A stretch of 64,000 nucleotides of DNA from Alphaproteobacteria bacterium. GTDB taxonomy: Bacteria; Pseudomonadota; Alphaproteobacteria; SP197. Under the pieces are notes generated by a model. That model saw nothing but the letters and a program-made list of their open reading frames with translations, was not told the DNA's origin and ran no database searches. Every line of letters starts with the position of its first letter. Position 1 is the first letter of the stretch. The position numbers and the translations under genes are program-made. Below are positions 17,260 to 26,865 of this stretch, piece after piece. Location of the stretch: assembly GCA_964291415.2 (NCBI GenBank), contig OZ219918.1, positions 224,001-288,000 of the forward strand. Direction: 5' to 3'.

Positions 17260-20222
17260 CCGGCGGAGGCCAGACCCGCCGTCTGGCGGAGGGCGGACTG
17301 ATCGACCGCGCGCGGTCGCTGGCCTTCACCTTCAATGGCCGGACCCTGTCCGGGTACGAGGGCGATACCCTGGCTTCGGCCCTGATGGCCAACGGCGTCG
17401 ACGTGGTGGCGCGCAGCCTCAAGTATCACCGGCCGCGCGGCATCATGACCGACGGCCCCGAGGAGCCCAATGCCGTCGTCGCAATCGGCGAAGGTCCGTC
17501 GCGCACACCCAACCTCAAGGCCACGGAGGTCGTTCTCCACGATGGGCTCGTCGCACGGTCGCAGAACTGCTGGCCGTCCGTGGATCATGACGCGGGCGCC
17601 GTGGCGGGCCTCGCAACACCCCTGCTTGGCGCCGGGTTCTACTACAAGACGTTCATGGCCCCCCGCGCAGCCTGGCCACGTCTCTACGAGCGGCTGATTC
17701 GCCGTGCCGCCGGCCTGGGGCGTGCCCCGGAAGGCCATGACCCCGATCTCTACGAGCATCGGCACCGCCATTGTGATGTCCTCGTCGTCGGTGCTGGCCC
17801 GGCGGGGCTCGCGGCTGCACGTGTGTTCGCCCAGGCCGGGCTGCGTTTCGTGCTGTGCGACGAGCGACCAAGACCCGGCGGTTCCCTGACCGGCACGACG
17901 CAGCGCATCGACGGCGAGGCAGGCAACGCATGGGCGCAGCAGATCGCCGCGGACGTCGCTGCTTCACCGCGTGCGACGGTGTTGCCGGAGACGTGCGCCG
18001 TGTGGCTGGGAGATCATCGACTGGTGACCCTGGTCGAGCGCAGACGTGGCGCAGACGGCGTTGCCGAGCGGCTCTGGCTCGTTCGGCCACGCCATGTCGT
18101 GCTGGCGACCGGGGCGATCGAGCGGCCTCTTTGCTTCCCCGGGAACGACCGGCCCGGCATCATGCTGGCCTCGGCCGCCGTGGCCTACATCCACCGATAC
18201 GCCGTTGTGCCCGGCAAACGCGCGGTGATCCATACCAACAACGACTCCGGCTACGGCGTCCTCCAGCATCTCCGCGAGGCGGGAATCGACGTGAAGGCCG
18301 TCATCGATACGCGGCCCCGTGACCTGATCGGTGAAGCGGCGCTCAGCATGATCCGCGATGTCGACGTGCTGGCTGGCCACCGGATCGTCTCGACCGCCGG
18401 CCGTCACCGGCTCCGCCGCATCGATGTCGGGCCTGCTGACGGAGCCCGGCGATCCAGTGTCATCGAAGCCGATCTCCTGTGTGTCGCGGGTGGCTGGTCC
18501 CAGACGCTCCACTTGCTGGGTCATCGCGGCGGCACCATGCGCCACGAGGAACCGAACGCCGCCACTTCGGCCGCGGCACCCGGAGACGACGTGGCAATCG
18601 CGGGCGCCGCAGCCGGCGTCACGGGTCTTGCCGCATGTCTCGCCAACGGTACCAGAGTGGCCGGGGCGGTGCTCGAGGCGTTGGACCGGGAAGTCCCGGC
18701 GCTCCGGATCCCGGTGTCTGACGCCAAGACAGGGACGTTGTCGGGAAAGCCGAACGGTCCCTCCTGCCCGACCCTCGACGTCAGGCAGCAGCGCAGAGCC
18801 TTCGTCGATCTGCAGAACGACGTCACGGCCCTCGATGTGATGCGGGCGGTCGACGAGGGATACGGCGCCATCGAGCACCTGAAGCGCTACACGACGTCCG
18901 GCATGGGAACGGATCAGGGCAAGCTCGGCAACGTCATGACGATCGACATGGTTGCCGAAGCGACCGGCCAGTCGGCTGAAAGGATCGGCCACACGACATT
19001 TCGCCCGCCCTACACGCCGGTGACGCTGGGCGCGCTTGTCGGACACGCCAGGGGCGAGCGCCTGTTCCCGACCCGCCAGACCCCGTTCCACCGCCGTCAT
19101 CTGTCCAACGGCGCGCTGATGGAACTCGCGGGAGCCTGGCACTACCCGAAATGCTTTCCGCGCGACGGAGAAACGGTGGATGCCGCGATCGAGCGTGAAG
19201 TGCGGACCGTGCGCAACGCGGTCGGGTTCGTCGACATGTCCACCCTGGGCAAGTTCGAGATCATGGGCCCCGATGCCGGGGTCTTCCTCGATCGCGCCTA
19301 TGCCGGCCGACTCTCCACCCTTGCCGAGGGACGCTGCCGTTATGCGCTGATGTTGCGCGAGGACGGGGTCGTGCGCGATGACGGCACCGTGGCCCGATTG
19401 GCCGCCGATCGCTGGCACGTCACCGCATCGACGGCCCATGCCGACGACGTCTGGCGTCATCTCGAGCGCCTGCGACAGGTCGAATGGCCGGAGCTCGACG
19501 TCCTCCTCGTCGATGTCGGCGAACAGTGGGCCAGTCTTGCCATAGCCGGACCGCGCGCGCGTGATGTTCTCGCCGCCGTCACACCGGAACTCGACGTCTC
19601 GCCCGAGGCGCTGCCGTTCCTGGGTTGTCGGGAAACCAGGTTCGACGGCGTTCGCGCACGCGTCTTCCGAATCAGCTATTCCGGGGAGCTGGGCTTTGAG
19701 GTCTATGTCGGCGCACGGCACGGCGACCGGCTGTGGGATGCGGTGGTGGAGGCCGGTGCGCCCTTCGGCATCGCGCCCTACGGCGTCGAGGCCCTTGATG
19801 TCATGCGTATCGAAAAAGGCCACTGCGCCGGCAGCGAGTTCGACGGCCGCACGACACCGGCCGACCTGGGTCTGGGCCGCATGATCAAGCGTGACACAGG
19901 GTTCCTGGGTCACGCGCTTGCGCGCCAGCACTCCCTTCGTCAGCGTCTGATCGGGCTCGTTTCGGCGGACCGGCGCACGCCCATCCCCCGCGGCGCGATT
20001 CTCGTTGCCGGTGCGGCCCGGTCCCGGGCTCTCGGCCACGTCACCGCATCCGTCGCCAGTCCGACTCTCGGCCAGCCGATCGCATTGGCCATGCTGCAGG
20101 GATCAGTCAGCCCCGGCGACAGCGAACTCCGTGCCGTCTCGCCCGTCGCCGGCCTCGATGTCGCGGTCGAGATCAACGAATTGCCTTTCTACGACGCCGA
20201 TGGCGCCAGGATGCGCGCATGA
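17256..20222 (+). CDS. soxA: Sarcosine oxidase subunit alpha family
   Basis: GDTLASALMANG, RSLKYHRPRG, GFYYKTF, HLKRYTTSGMGTDQGK, GcvT-like C-terminus (DMSTLGK, RIEKG). Confidence 0.93.
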   Translation: MTGGGQTRRLAEGGLIDRARSLAFTFNGRTLSGYEGDTLASALMANGVDVVARSLKYHRPRGIMTDGPEEPNAVVAIGEGPSRTPNLKATEVVLHDGLVARSQNCWPSVDHDAGAVAGLATPLLGAGFYYKTFMAPRAAWPRLYERLIRRAAGLGRAPEGHDPDLYEHRHRHCDVLVVGAGPAGLAAARVFAQAGLRFVLCDERPRPGGSLTGTTQRIDGEAGNAWAQQIAADVAASPRATVLPETCAVWLGDHRLVTLVERRRGADGVAERLWLVRPRHVVLATGAIERPLCFPGNDRPGIMLASAAVAYIHRYAVVPGKRAVIHTNNDSGYGVLQHLREAGIDVKAVIDTRPRDLIGEAALSMIRDVDVLAGHRIVSTAGRHRLRRIDVGPADGARRSSVIEADLLCVAGGWSQTLHLLGHRGGTMRHEEPNAATSAAAPGDDVAIAGAAAGVTGLAACLANGTRVAGAVLEALDREVPALRIPVSDAKTGTLSGKPNGPSCPTLDVRQQRRAFVDLQNDVTALDVMRAVDEGYGAIEHLKRYTTSGMGTDQGKLGNVMTIDMVAEATGQSAERIGHTTFRPPYTPVTLGALVGHARGERLFPTRQTPFHRRHLSNGALMELAGAWHYPKCFPRDGETVDAAIEREVRTVRNAVGFVDMSTLGKFEIMGPDAGVFLDRAYAGRLSTLAEGRCRYALMLREDGVVRDDGTVARLAADRWHVTASTAHADDVWRHLERLRQVEWPELDVLLVDVGEQWASLAIAGPRARDVLAAVTPELDVSPEALPFLGCRETRFDGVRARVFRISYSGELGFEVYVGARHGDRLWDAVVEAGAPFGIAPYGVEALDVMRIEKGHCAGSEFDGRTTPADLGLGRMIKRDTGFLGHALARQHSLRQRLIGLVSADRRTPIPRGAILVAGAARSRALGHVTASVASPTLGQPIALAMLQGSVSPGDSELRAVSPVAGLDVAVEINELPFYDADGARMRA

Positions 20223-20707
20223 CGGCCTTGTCGGAAATCGCACCGCTGTCGGTTCATCGACTCCTCGGCACCCGGCGAGGCAGCAATGTCATGGACGGAC
20301 CGAAGCTGCCGTCACGGATCAACGAAGGCGTGTTTGACGGGTCAAGGACGGTGATGATGCTCGGCCCGACAGATTGGCTCGTCCTGGACAAGGATCCGAA
20401 GGGCCCGACAGACCTGACGATCGATCCCGGGCAGCCGTTCGCAGTGTTTGACGAAAGCGACGCGTGGAGGCTGTTCCGGCTGCACGGAGAGGACGCCGAA
20501 CAAGTCGTCACGCAGTTCTGTCCGATCGATGTCGGCGCTGTCGAAGGAACAGCCAGCGCCACCCATCTCGCCAGGCACCCGGCCATCGTGATGCCACGGT
20601 CGATCAGCGAGATCGAGATCCTCGTGCCGCGCAGTTACGCGGCTTCTCTCATCAATCTGATGGATGACGCAATCACGCGCTCTGTTTCGTCGGAGCGCTC
20701 TGGCTGA
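20219..20707 (+). CDS. soxG: Sarcosine oxidase subunit gamma family (divergent)
   Basis: Operon position with ATGA overlap; LGPTDWLV, CPID, VPRSYA. Confidence 0.8.
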   Translation: MTALSEIAPLSVHRLLGTRRGSNVMDGPKLPSRINEGVFDGSRTVMMLGPTDWLVLDKDPKGPTDLTIDPGQPFAVFDESDAWRLFRLHGEDAEQVVTQFCPIDVGAVEGTASATHLARHPAIVMPRSISEIEILVPRSYAASLINLMDDAITRSVSSERSG

Positions 20708-21386
20708 CCGAAGTGCCGCTGTCGGCCAGTTGATTGTAGACCTTCGTGCCCCAGCCGATGTCCTGTTCGACCAGGTCGCGGGCGAGCCTGGCGTTGCGGG
20801 CCCGAATGGCTTCGGCAATGCGTGCGTGAAGCAGGCGCCAGTCCTCGGTCGTCTCCAGCACCCCTACGACATCGGCGAGGTAGGGTCCCGACTGCGCCCA
20901 CAATCCCTCGATGATCGACGTCAGCTCCGGATTGCCGGCGCCGGCGTAGATGGTGAAATGGAACCTGTAGTTGTTGGCGAGATAGTCTCCCCTGACTCCG
21001 CTCTCGATGTCCCTGTTTGTCTGGTGTGCGAGCTCTTCCAGCTGGTCGATCTCGGCCGGGGTCATGCGCGGCGTGGCGAGTTCGGTCGCCGCGCCTTCCA
21101 GGTTGGCGCGCAGGAAAAAGAGGTCGGAGACCCGCTCAGGATCGTGCCTGGGAACGCGGAACGAGCGGTTCGCGGAGGCGATGAGAGCGCGTTCCGATGC
21201 CAGGCGCTTGAGCGCTTCGCGTACCGGCATCATGCTTGTGCCCATCCTCTCGGCGACCGTGCGGATCGAGAGAGCGCTGTCAGGTCCGTGTTCGCCGACG
21301 ATCAGCGACCACTTGAGCTGCTGATAGATCTGGTCGCTGAGCGACATGTCGCTTCGCGCGGATCGTGAATTTCCGCCGCGCTGCAT
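20673..21386 (-). CDS. GntR/FCD family transcriptional regulator
   Basis: GTSMMPVREALKRL wHTH, RANLE, NYRFHF FCD domain; last gene of the ABC operon. Confidence 0.92.
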   Translation of the reverse strand: MQRGGNSRSARSDMSLSDQIYQQLKWSLIVGEHGPDSALSIRTVAERMGTSMMPVREALKRLASERALIASANRSFRVPRHDPERVSDLFFLRANLEGAATELATPRMTPAEIDQLEELAHQTNRDIESGVRGDYLANNYRFHFTIYAGAGNPELTSIIEGLWAQSGPYLADVVGVLETTEDWRLLHARIAEAIRARNARLARDLVEQDIGWGTKVYNQLADSGTSVSQSAPTKQSA

Positions 21387-23041
21387 CAGTTTCCGGCCGC
21401 CTGCTGGCCGGTCCGCCGCCGGTGTTCCATGACGGTCTCGAGCCAGCCGACCTTGAGGTCGGGAACGGACCTCACCAGGAGATCGGTGTAGTCATGGTGA
21501 GGCGGCCGCAGCACCTCGGCTGTCGGTCCTGCCTCGACGATTTCGCCGTCACGCATGACCGCCACCCTGTCGGCGATGCGCGCGATCGTCGAGATATCGT
21601 GGGAGATGAAGATGTAGGCCACGTTCAACCGGTCCTGCAGGGACACGAGAAGGTCCAGAATGGCCTCGGCGACCACCGTGTCGAGAGCCGATGTGATCTC
21701 GTCGCAGATGATGAGCTGGGGATCGGCGGCAAGGGCCCGGGCCAGGTTGACCCGCTGCTTCTGACCGCCTGAAAGCTCGCGCGGAAGGCGCCGTCCGAAG
21801 GCGGGATCGAGACCGACCAGTTCCAGGAGTTCGTCGACCCGGCTCTCGATCGCCCTGCGATCCGCGCCGAAATAGAATGCCAGCGGCCGGCCCAGGATCT
21901 TTGCGACGGTGTGACGCGGATTGAGCGCCACATCGGCCATCTGGAAGACGATCTGGATATCGCGCAGCTCGTCGCGTGTGCGTTGCTTCAGCGATGCGGC
22001 AAGCGGCTCGCCCCTGAGCAGGGTCTCGCCTTTCCAGGGCGTCATGAGGCCACTGATGACGCGGCCGAGCGTCGACTTTCCCGAACCGGATTCACCGATG
22101 ACGCCAACGGTTTCCGCGACACGCACGTCGAGGGAAACGTCGCGCAGGGCCGGCACCTCCCGCTGGCGGCCATACCCGGCCAGGACACCGTTGACCGAGA
22201 GCAGGGGCGCACCGTCGCCTCTCGAGGCTCTCTGCTTGACCTCGGTCGGCATGACATGGGCGGCGGAGATCAATTGCCTGGTGTAGTCCTGCCGAGGAAC
22301 GGTGATGATCGTTTCCGTGGAACCGTACTCGACCATTCGGCCGTCTTTGAGCACCAGAATCTCGTCGGCAATCTGGGCAACGACGGCAAGGTCATGGCTG
22401 ACATAGATGGCCGAGGTCTGGTTCTCGCGAACCAGGTTCTTGAACGCCTGCAACACTTCGATCTGGGTCGTGACGTCGAGTGCGGTGGTCGGCTCGTCCA
22501 GGATCAGCAGCTTCGGGCTGCACATCATCGCCATGGCCGCCATCAGGCGTTGCAACTGGCCGCCGCTGACCTGGTGGGGATAGCGTCGGCCGATTGTCTC
22601 CGGCGACGGCAGGTCGAGTTCGCCATAGAGCGCGGCTGCCTTGCGGGTCGCGTCATCCCGGCTCATCAGGTTCCGGATCAGCGGGATCTCGGTGACCTGG
22701 TGGTTGATCGAGAGCGAGCTGTTGAACGACGCGGCGGCACTCTGCGCGACATAGGAGATGTCGACGCCGCGAATCTGCTGGCGCCTGGCGAGGTCGAACC
22801 GCAAGACGTCACTGCCGTCAAGCAGGATCTCGCCGCCCTTGAATGCGCAGCCCGGGCGGGTATAGCCCAGACAGGCAAGCGAGATGGTCGTCTTTCCCGA
22901 ACCGGACTCGCCGATCAGCGCCACCACCCTTCCGGGAGCGACCGAGAAGGAGACATCCTGGACGATCGGTGTGCGCTCGCCGCGTTTGGCGACGGCATCG
23001 ACCGACAGGTTGCGCACATCGATGACGTTGCCGGTCATCAC
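21386..23041 (-). CDS. Peptide-type ABC transporter ATP-binding protein, two fused domains
   Basis: Two GESGSGK Walker A; SGGQLQR and LSGGQKQR signatures. Confidence 0.95.
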   Translation of the reverse strand: MMTGNVIDVRNLSVDAVAKRGERTPIVQDVSFSVAPGRVVALIGESGSGKTTISLACLGYTRPGCAFKGGEILLDGSDVLRFDLARRQQIRGVDISYVAQSAAASFNSSLSINHQVTEIPLIRNLMSRDDATRKAAALYGELDLPSPETIGRRYPHQVSGGQLQRLMAAMAMMCSPKLLILDEPTTALDVTTQIEVLQAFKNLVRENQTSAIYVSHDLAVVAQIADEILVLKDGRMVEYGSTETIITVPRQDYTRQLISAAHVMPTEVKQRASRGDGAPLLSVNGVLAGYGRQREVPALRDVSLDVRVAETVGVIGESGSGKSTLGRVISGLMTPWKGETLLRGEPLAASLKQRTRDELRDIQIVFQMADVALNPRHTVAKILGRPLAFYFGADRRAIESRVDELLELVGLDPAFGRRLPRELSGGQKQRVNLARALAADPQLIICDEITSALDTVVAEAILDLLVSLQDRLNVAYIFISHDISTIARIADRVAVMRDGEIVEAGPTAEVLRPPHHDYTDLLVRSVPDLKVGWLETVMEHRRRTGQQAAGN

Positions 23042-23895
23042 TGGAGATCTTCCGGCGAGCTGGCGTCGTTGCGGCGCAGATACCAGTCGACCAGGAGATT
23101 GATGCTGACCGTGATCGCGGCGATGCAGAGTGCGGGATAGAGCGGCGAGAATGTGCCGTAGAGGAGGCCCTGCATGTTCTCCCGAATCAGGACGCCGAGA
23201 TCCGCCTGCGGCGGCTGGACGCCAAGGCCGAGGAAGCTCAGCGCGGAGATGAAGAGGATCGCGTAGGTGAAGCGGATGCCGAATTCCGCCGCCAGCGGGA
23301 CCAGGGCGTTGGGCAGGATTTCATGCCACATCAGCCAGCCGAACCGCTCGCCACGCACGGTCGCTGCCTCGATGTAGTCCTGGACCACGATATCGACGCC
23401 GAGTGCCCGGGCCACCCGGAAGACCCGGGTCGAATCGATGAAGGCGATGGTGACCACAAGAACCGGGATCGACGGGCCGAGCGCCGTGAGGACGATCAGC
23501 GCCAGCATGATCGCCGGGAAGGCGATGAGGGCATCGACCAGACGGCTGATCAGCATGTCGAACCGGCCTCCGAGGACGGCGGCCAGGAAGCCCAGGCTGC
23601 AGCCGACGAGGAAAGCCAGGAAAGCGATCATGAAGGAAACGACGACGGTCAGCCTGAGACCGTAGAACAGCCGGGAAAAGAGGTCGCGCCCCAGATAGTC
23701 GCTGCCCAGCAGCAAGCCCCCGCCCGGCGACACGAAGCTGCCGGTGGTCAGGATCTCGCCTTCCCTGTAGGGCGCCAGGAATGGCGCCAGGATCGCGGCA
23801 AGCAGGACCAGAGTGATGATCGCCAGGCACACCGTGGCCGTCGGTGTCAGATCGCGCCTGGCTTCGCGAAGCGCCATGGCGATGCGTTCGACCAT
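23038..23895 (-). CDS. ABC transporter permease (DppC-like)
   Basis: LGSDYLGRDLFSR, LSFLGLGVQPP. Confidence 0.93.
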   Translation of the reverse strand: MVERIAMALREARRDLTPTATVCLAIITLVLLAAILAPFLAPYREGEILTTGSFVSPGGGLLLGSDYLGRDLFSRLFYGLRLTVVVSFMIAFLAFLVGCSLGFLAAVLGGRFDMLISRLVDALIAFPAIMLALIVLTALGPSIPVLVVTIAFIDSTRVFRVARALGVDIVVQDYIEAATVRGERFGWLMWHEILPNALVPLAAEFGIRFTYAILFISALSFLGLGVQPPQADLGVLIRENMQGLLYGTFSPLYPALCIAAITVSINLLVDWYLRRNDASSPEDLQ

Positions 23896-24849
23896 CTACT
23901 TGGGATGCCTGACGCGCGGATTGGCGATCAGCGAGACGATGTCGGCAGCCAGGTTCAGCACGACATAGGTCGAGCAGAAGATCATCGCCGCGGCCTGCAC
24001 CAGCGGGATGTCGCGCGTCGTCACGCCCTCGACCATCAGCCTGCCAACGCCTGGAAAGTTGAACATGGATTCGATCACGACGATGCCGGTGATGAGGTAG
24101 GCGAGGTTGAGCGCGATGACGTTGATGATCGGTGCAATGGCGTTGGGCAGCGCATGAACCAGGATGATCCGCCACTTCGGCACGCCCTTGAGGATCGCCA
24201 TTTCGATCGGCGACGAGGTCAGCACGTTCAGGACGGCGCTGCGCGTCATCCGCGCCATGTGGGCCATGACGGTGAAGGAGAGCGCGGTCACCGGCAGGGC
24301 CAGAACCCGCGCGTACTCGAGGAAGCCGTCGACGCGGTTCAGATTGGCGATCGCCGGCAGCCAGCCGAGCTGAACGGCGAACAGGGATACCAGGAGGACC
24401 GCAATCAGGAAATCGGGTACGGAAATGAGCGCCAGGGTCGAGGTCGAGATCAGCCGGTCAATCGCGCTGTCGGGTCGTGTCGAGGCGACCAGGCCGAGCA
24501 CGATGGAGAGCGGCACGGCGATTGCCGCCGTGACGGCTGCCAGCAGAACCGTGTTGCCGATGCGCTCGCCGATGACATCGTTCAGGATCGCCCCGTTGGC
24601 CAGCGAAGTGCCGAGATCGCCACGCAACAGTTCACCCAGCCAGGCGAGGTAGCGCAGGTGGGCGGGTTCATCGAGGCCCAGCCGTTCCCGGATGTTGGCG
24701 ACCAGTTCCGGAGTCGCCCCCTGGCCAAGGATGGCATGGGCGACATCACCGGGCAGGATCTCGGTGCCGACAAAGACCAGGAGCGAGACGATCAGCACGG
24801 TCACAATGCCCAGCCCCAAACGCTGCACGATGACGCTGAGGATGTTCAT
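23896..24849 (-). CDS. ABC transporter permease (DppB-like)
   Basis: ILPGDVA, EMAILKG, RDIPLVQ, NPRVR. Confidence 0.93.
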   Translation of the reverse strand: MNILSVIVQRLGLGIVTVLIVSLLVFVGTEILPGDVAHAILGQGATPELVANIRERLGLDEPAHLRYLAWLGELLRGDLGTSLANGAILNDVIGERIGNTVLLAAVTAAIAVPLSIVLGLVASTRPDSAIDRLISTSTLALISVPDFLIAVLLVSLFAVQLGWLPAIANLNRVDGFLEYARVLALPVTALSFTVMAHMARMTRSAVLNVLTSSPIEMAILKGVPKWRIILVHALPNAIAPIINVIALNLAYLITGIVVIESMFNFPGVGRLMVEGVTTRDIPLVQAAAMIFCSTYVVLNLAADIVSLIANPRVRHPK

Positions 24850-24961
24850 GGATTGTGCCTGGCCCGCCCCCGCTTCCTAACGCCTCCAGACTATCATGGA
24901 ACGGCCACCGCGGAAGCGACGCCCCGCGGTGGCCGTTACAGGTGAAGAGGAGCGGTCAGCC

Positions 24962-26560
24962 TCAGCTCTCGGCGCGCTCGATCCAGGCGGTACGCGCAAT
25001 CTGGTAGAAACCGAGCGGCCCGGACGGGTGCGGGTCGACACCCTGGACTTCGGATCTGGCGGCATCCATGTAGTCGGCGAACGCCATGGTGATATGGCCT
25101 CCGTCGTCCTGGAGCATGCGTTGCAGCTCGCAATACATCTCGCTGCGCAGGTCGAAGTCGGTGACACCACGCGCTTCGACCATGATCCGGTCGAAGTCCG
25201 GGTTGTTCCATGCCGTCTCGTTGTACGAGGCGCCGCCTGCAAAGGCGATCGACAGGATGAGGTCGGGCACGGGTCGCGCGTCCCAACCGGAAACGCACAT
25301 GGGCTTCACCAGCCACGCGGTCTGCCAATAGGTATCCGCCGGCGGCTGGATCAGGTTGATGTCGATGCCCGCTGCCCGCGCCGATTCCTGGAAGACCTGG
25401 CCTGCGGCAAGGCCACCCTGGCCCGGCACGTCGGAGGCATAGAAATCGATGGGCGTGCCCTCGAGCCCGGTCTTCTGGAAATGGAACCTGGCCTTGTCCG
25501 GATCATAGGCGCGCTGTTCGATGGCGTCGCAGTAGTAGGGATCGATCGGCGAGACCGGGTGATCGTTGCCGACATGGGCGAAACCCTTCATCACGTTGTT
25601 GACGATCGCCTCGCGGTCGATGGCGTACTTCATCGCCAGGCGGAAGTCGGGATCGCTCGTCGGCTCGCGGTCGAGCATCATGGCGATGTTGAGGAAGGAG
25701 GCGCTCTTCGCGTTCAGAACCCTGACGTCGTCGCGCTGGTCGATCAGGCCGACCGCCTTGGGATCGAGATAGAGCAGCACGTTGATGTCGTCGGACAGCA
25801 GCGCGTTGGTCCGCGCCGTCGGATCACCGATCGCCACCGTCTCGAATTCGTCGACCCAGGGTCCGTCATCACCCCAATAGTCATTGTTGCGCTCGAAGAT
25901 GTAGCTCAAGCCGGCCTGGAAGTCCTTGACCTTGAACGGTCCCGTGCCGGAGGTGTTGTTCGTGAAGTCGGTCCAGCCTTCCTGGGAGACGTGAACGCGC
26001 GTATCGCTCAGGACGATCGGAAAGTCCGCATTGGGCGACGACAACCTGAACTTGACGACGTGATCGCCGTCCTTCGTCATCTCGACGATCTGTCCCAGAT
26101 AGGCCTTGGCGGGCGATTCCGAATCCTCCGTCAGGTGGCGGGCAAAGGAGAAGATGACGTCGTCGGCGTTGAAGGTCTTGCCGCTGTGAAAAGTGACGCC
26201 CTTGCGCAGTTCGAAGGTCCACTCCGTCGCGTCGTCGTTGACGTCCCAACCCGTGGCGAGCCAGGGAACGGGACGCAGATCGGGTCCGCGGTTGACCATG
26301 AGGTCATAGACCGAGAATCCGCGCAGGATATCGGAGGTCGAGTAGAACCCTGTCGGATCGAGCGAATCGACGTTCTGCGCGGCCTCGACTCCAACCGTGA
26401 GACGGCCGCCCTTTTTCGGCGACTGCGCCCTGGCGGCGCTCGTGATCAGCCCCGGAAGGACCGAAGCGCCGACTCCGGCAGCGGCCATGCGGCCGCCAAA
26501 CTCGCGTCGCGAAATGCGCCGCTTGACGAACAAGTCAGTCAGATAGTCGATTTTCGACAT
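24962..26560 (-). CDS. ABC transporter substrate-binding protein, family 5, Tat-exported
   Basis: SRREFG twin-arginine signal; [19 protein letters not shown]; GAGGAG RBS before ATG 26560. Confidence 0.93.
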   Translation of the reverse strand: MSKIDYLTDLFVKRRISRREFGGRMAAAGVGASVLPGLITSAARAQSPKKGGRLTVGVEAAQNVDSLDPTGFYSTSDILRGFSVYDLMVNRGPDLRPVPWLATGWDVNDDATEWTFELRKGVTFHSGKTFNADDVIFSFARHLTEDSESPAKAYLGQIVEMTKDGDHVVKFRLSSPNADFPIVLSDTRVHVSQEGWTDFTNNTSGTGPFKVKDFQAGLSYIFERNNDYWGDDGPWVDEFETVAIGDPTARTNALLSDDINVLLYLDPKAVGLIDQRDDVRVLNAKSASFLNIAMMLDREPTSDPDFRLAMKYAIDREAIVNNVMKGFAHVGNDHPVSPIDPYYCDAIEQRAYDPDKARFHFQKTGLEGTPIDFYASDVPGQGGLAAGQVFQESARAAGIDINLIQPPADTYWQTAWLVKPMCVSGWDARPVPDLILSIAFAGGASYNETAWNNPDFDRIMVEARGVTDFDLRSEMYCELQRMLQDDGGHITMAFADYMDAARSEVQGVDPHPSGPLGFYQIARTAWIERAES

Positions 26561-26622
26561 GGGTGTCTCCTCTTCAGTCGCAGGACCGCCCGCGTGGGGC
26601 AATGATACGATCAATTCGAAAC

Positions 26623-26632
26623 TGTGATCACA
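26623..26632. promoter_or_regulatory. Palindromic operator TGTGATCACA (putative GntR site)
   Basis: Third copy of the palindrome, about 60 bp upstream of the ABC-GntR operon. Confidence 0.7.
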
Positions 26633-26815
26633 CATTGTAGAGGCTTGGCAAGGCGATGCAAGGACGATGCGGACAACAGTATCCGGACGACTCTCCGGGC
26701 GTCGGTTCGCGGAATCTCCTCCTTGCGGCACGCCACGATGTCGCGCGGTTCCTCAGCAAGTTCCTTTCCCTGCATTCCAGGACTCGACATCGTACGTTGG
26801 TCTTGCCTCTTGATG

Positions 26816-26831
26816 AACGGTGATCACCGTT
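26816..26831. promoter_or_regulatory. Perfect 16-bp palindrome AACGGTGATCACCGTT (operator variant)
   Basis: Same GTGATCAC core, about 35 bp upstream of the flavoprotein ATG. Confidence 0.6.
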
Positions 26832-26865
26832 GTCGTCCAATGATCCCGGGTGCAGTGGGGCTGTC

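Noticed and set aside
15415-20039. Long antisense ORFs (597 aa, 691 aa) and similar ones elsewhere
   Set aside because: Shadow frames of real genes in GC-rich DNA with no motifs
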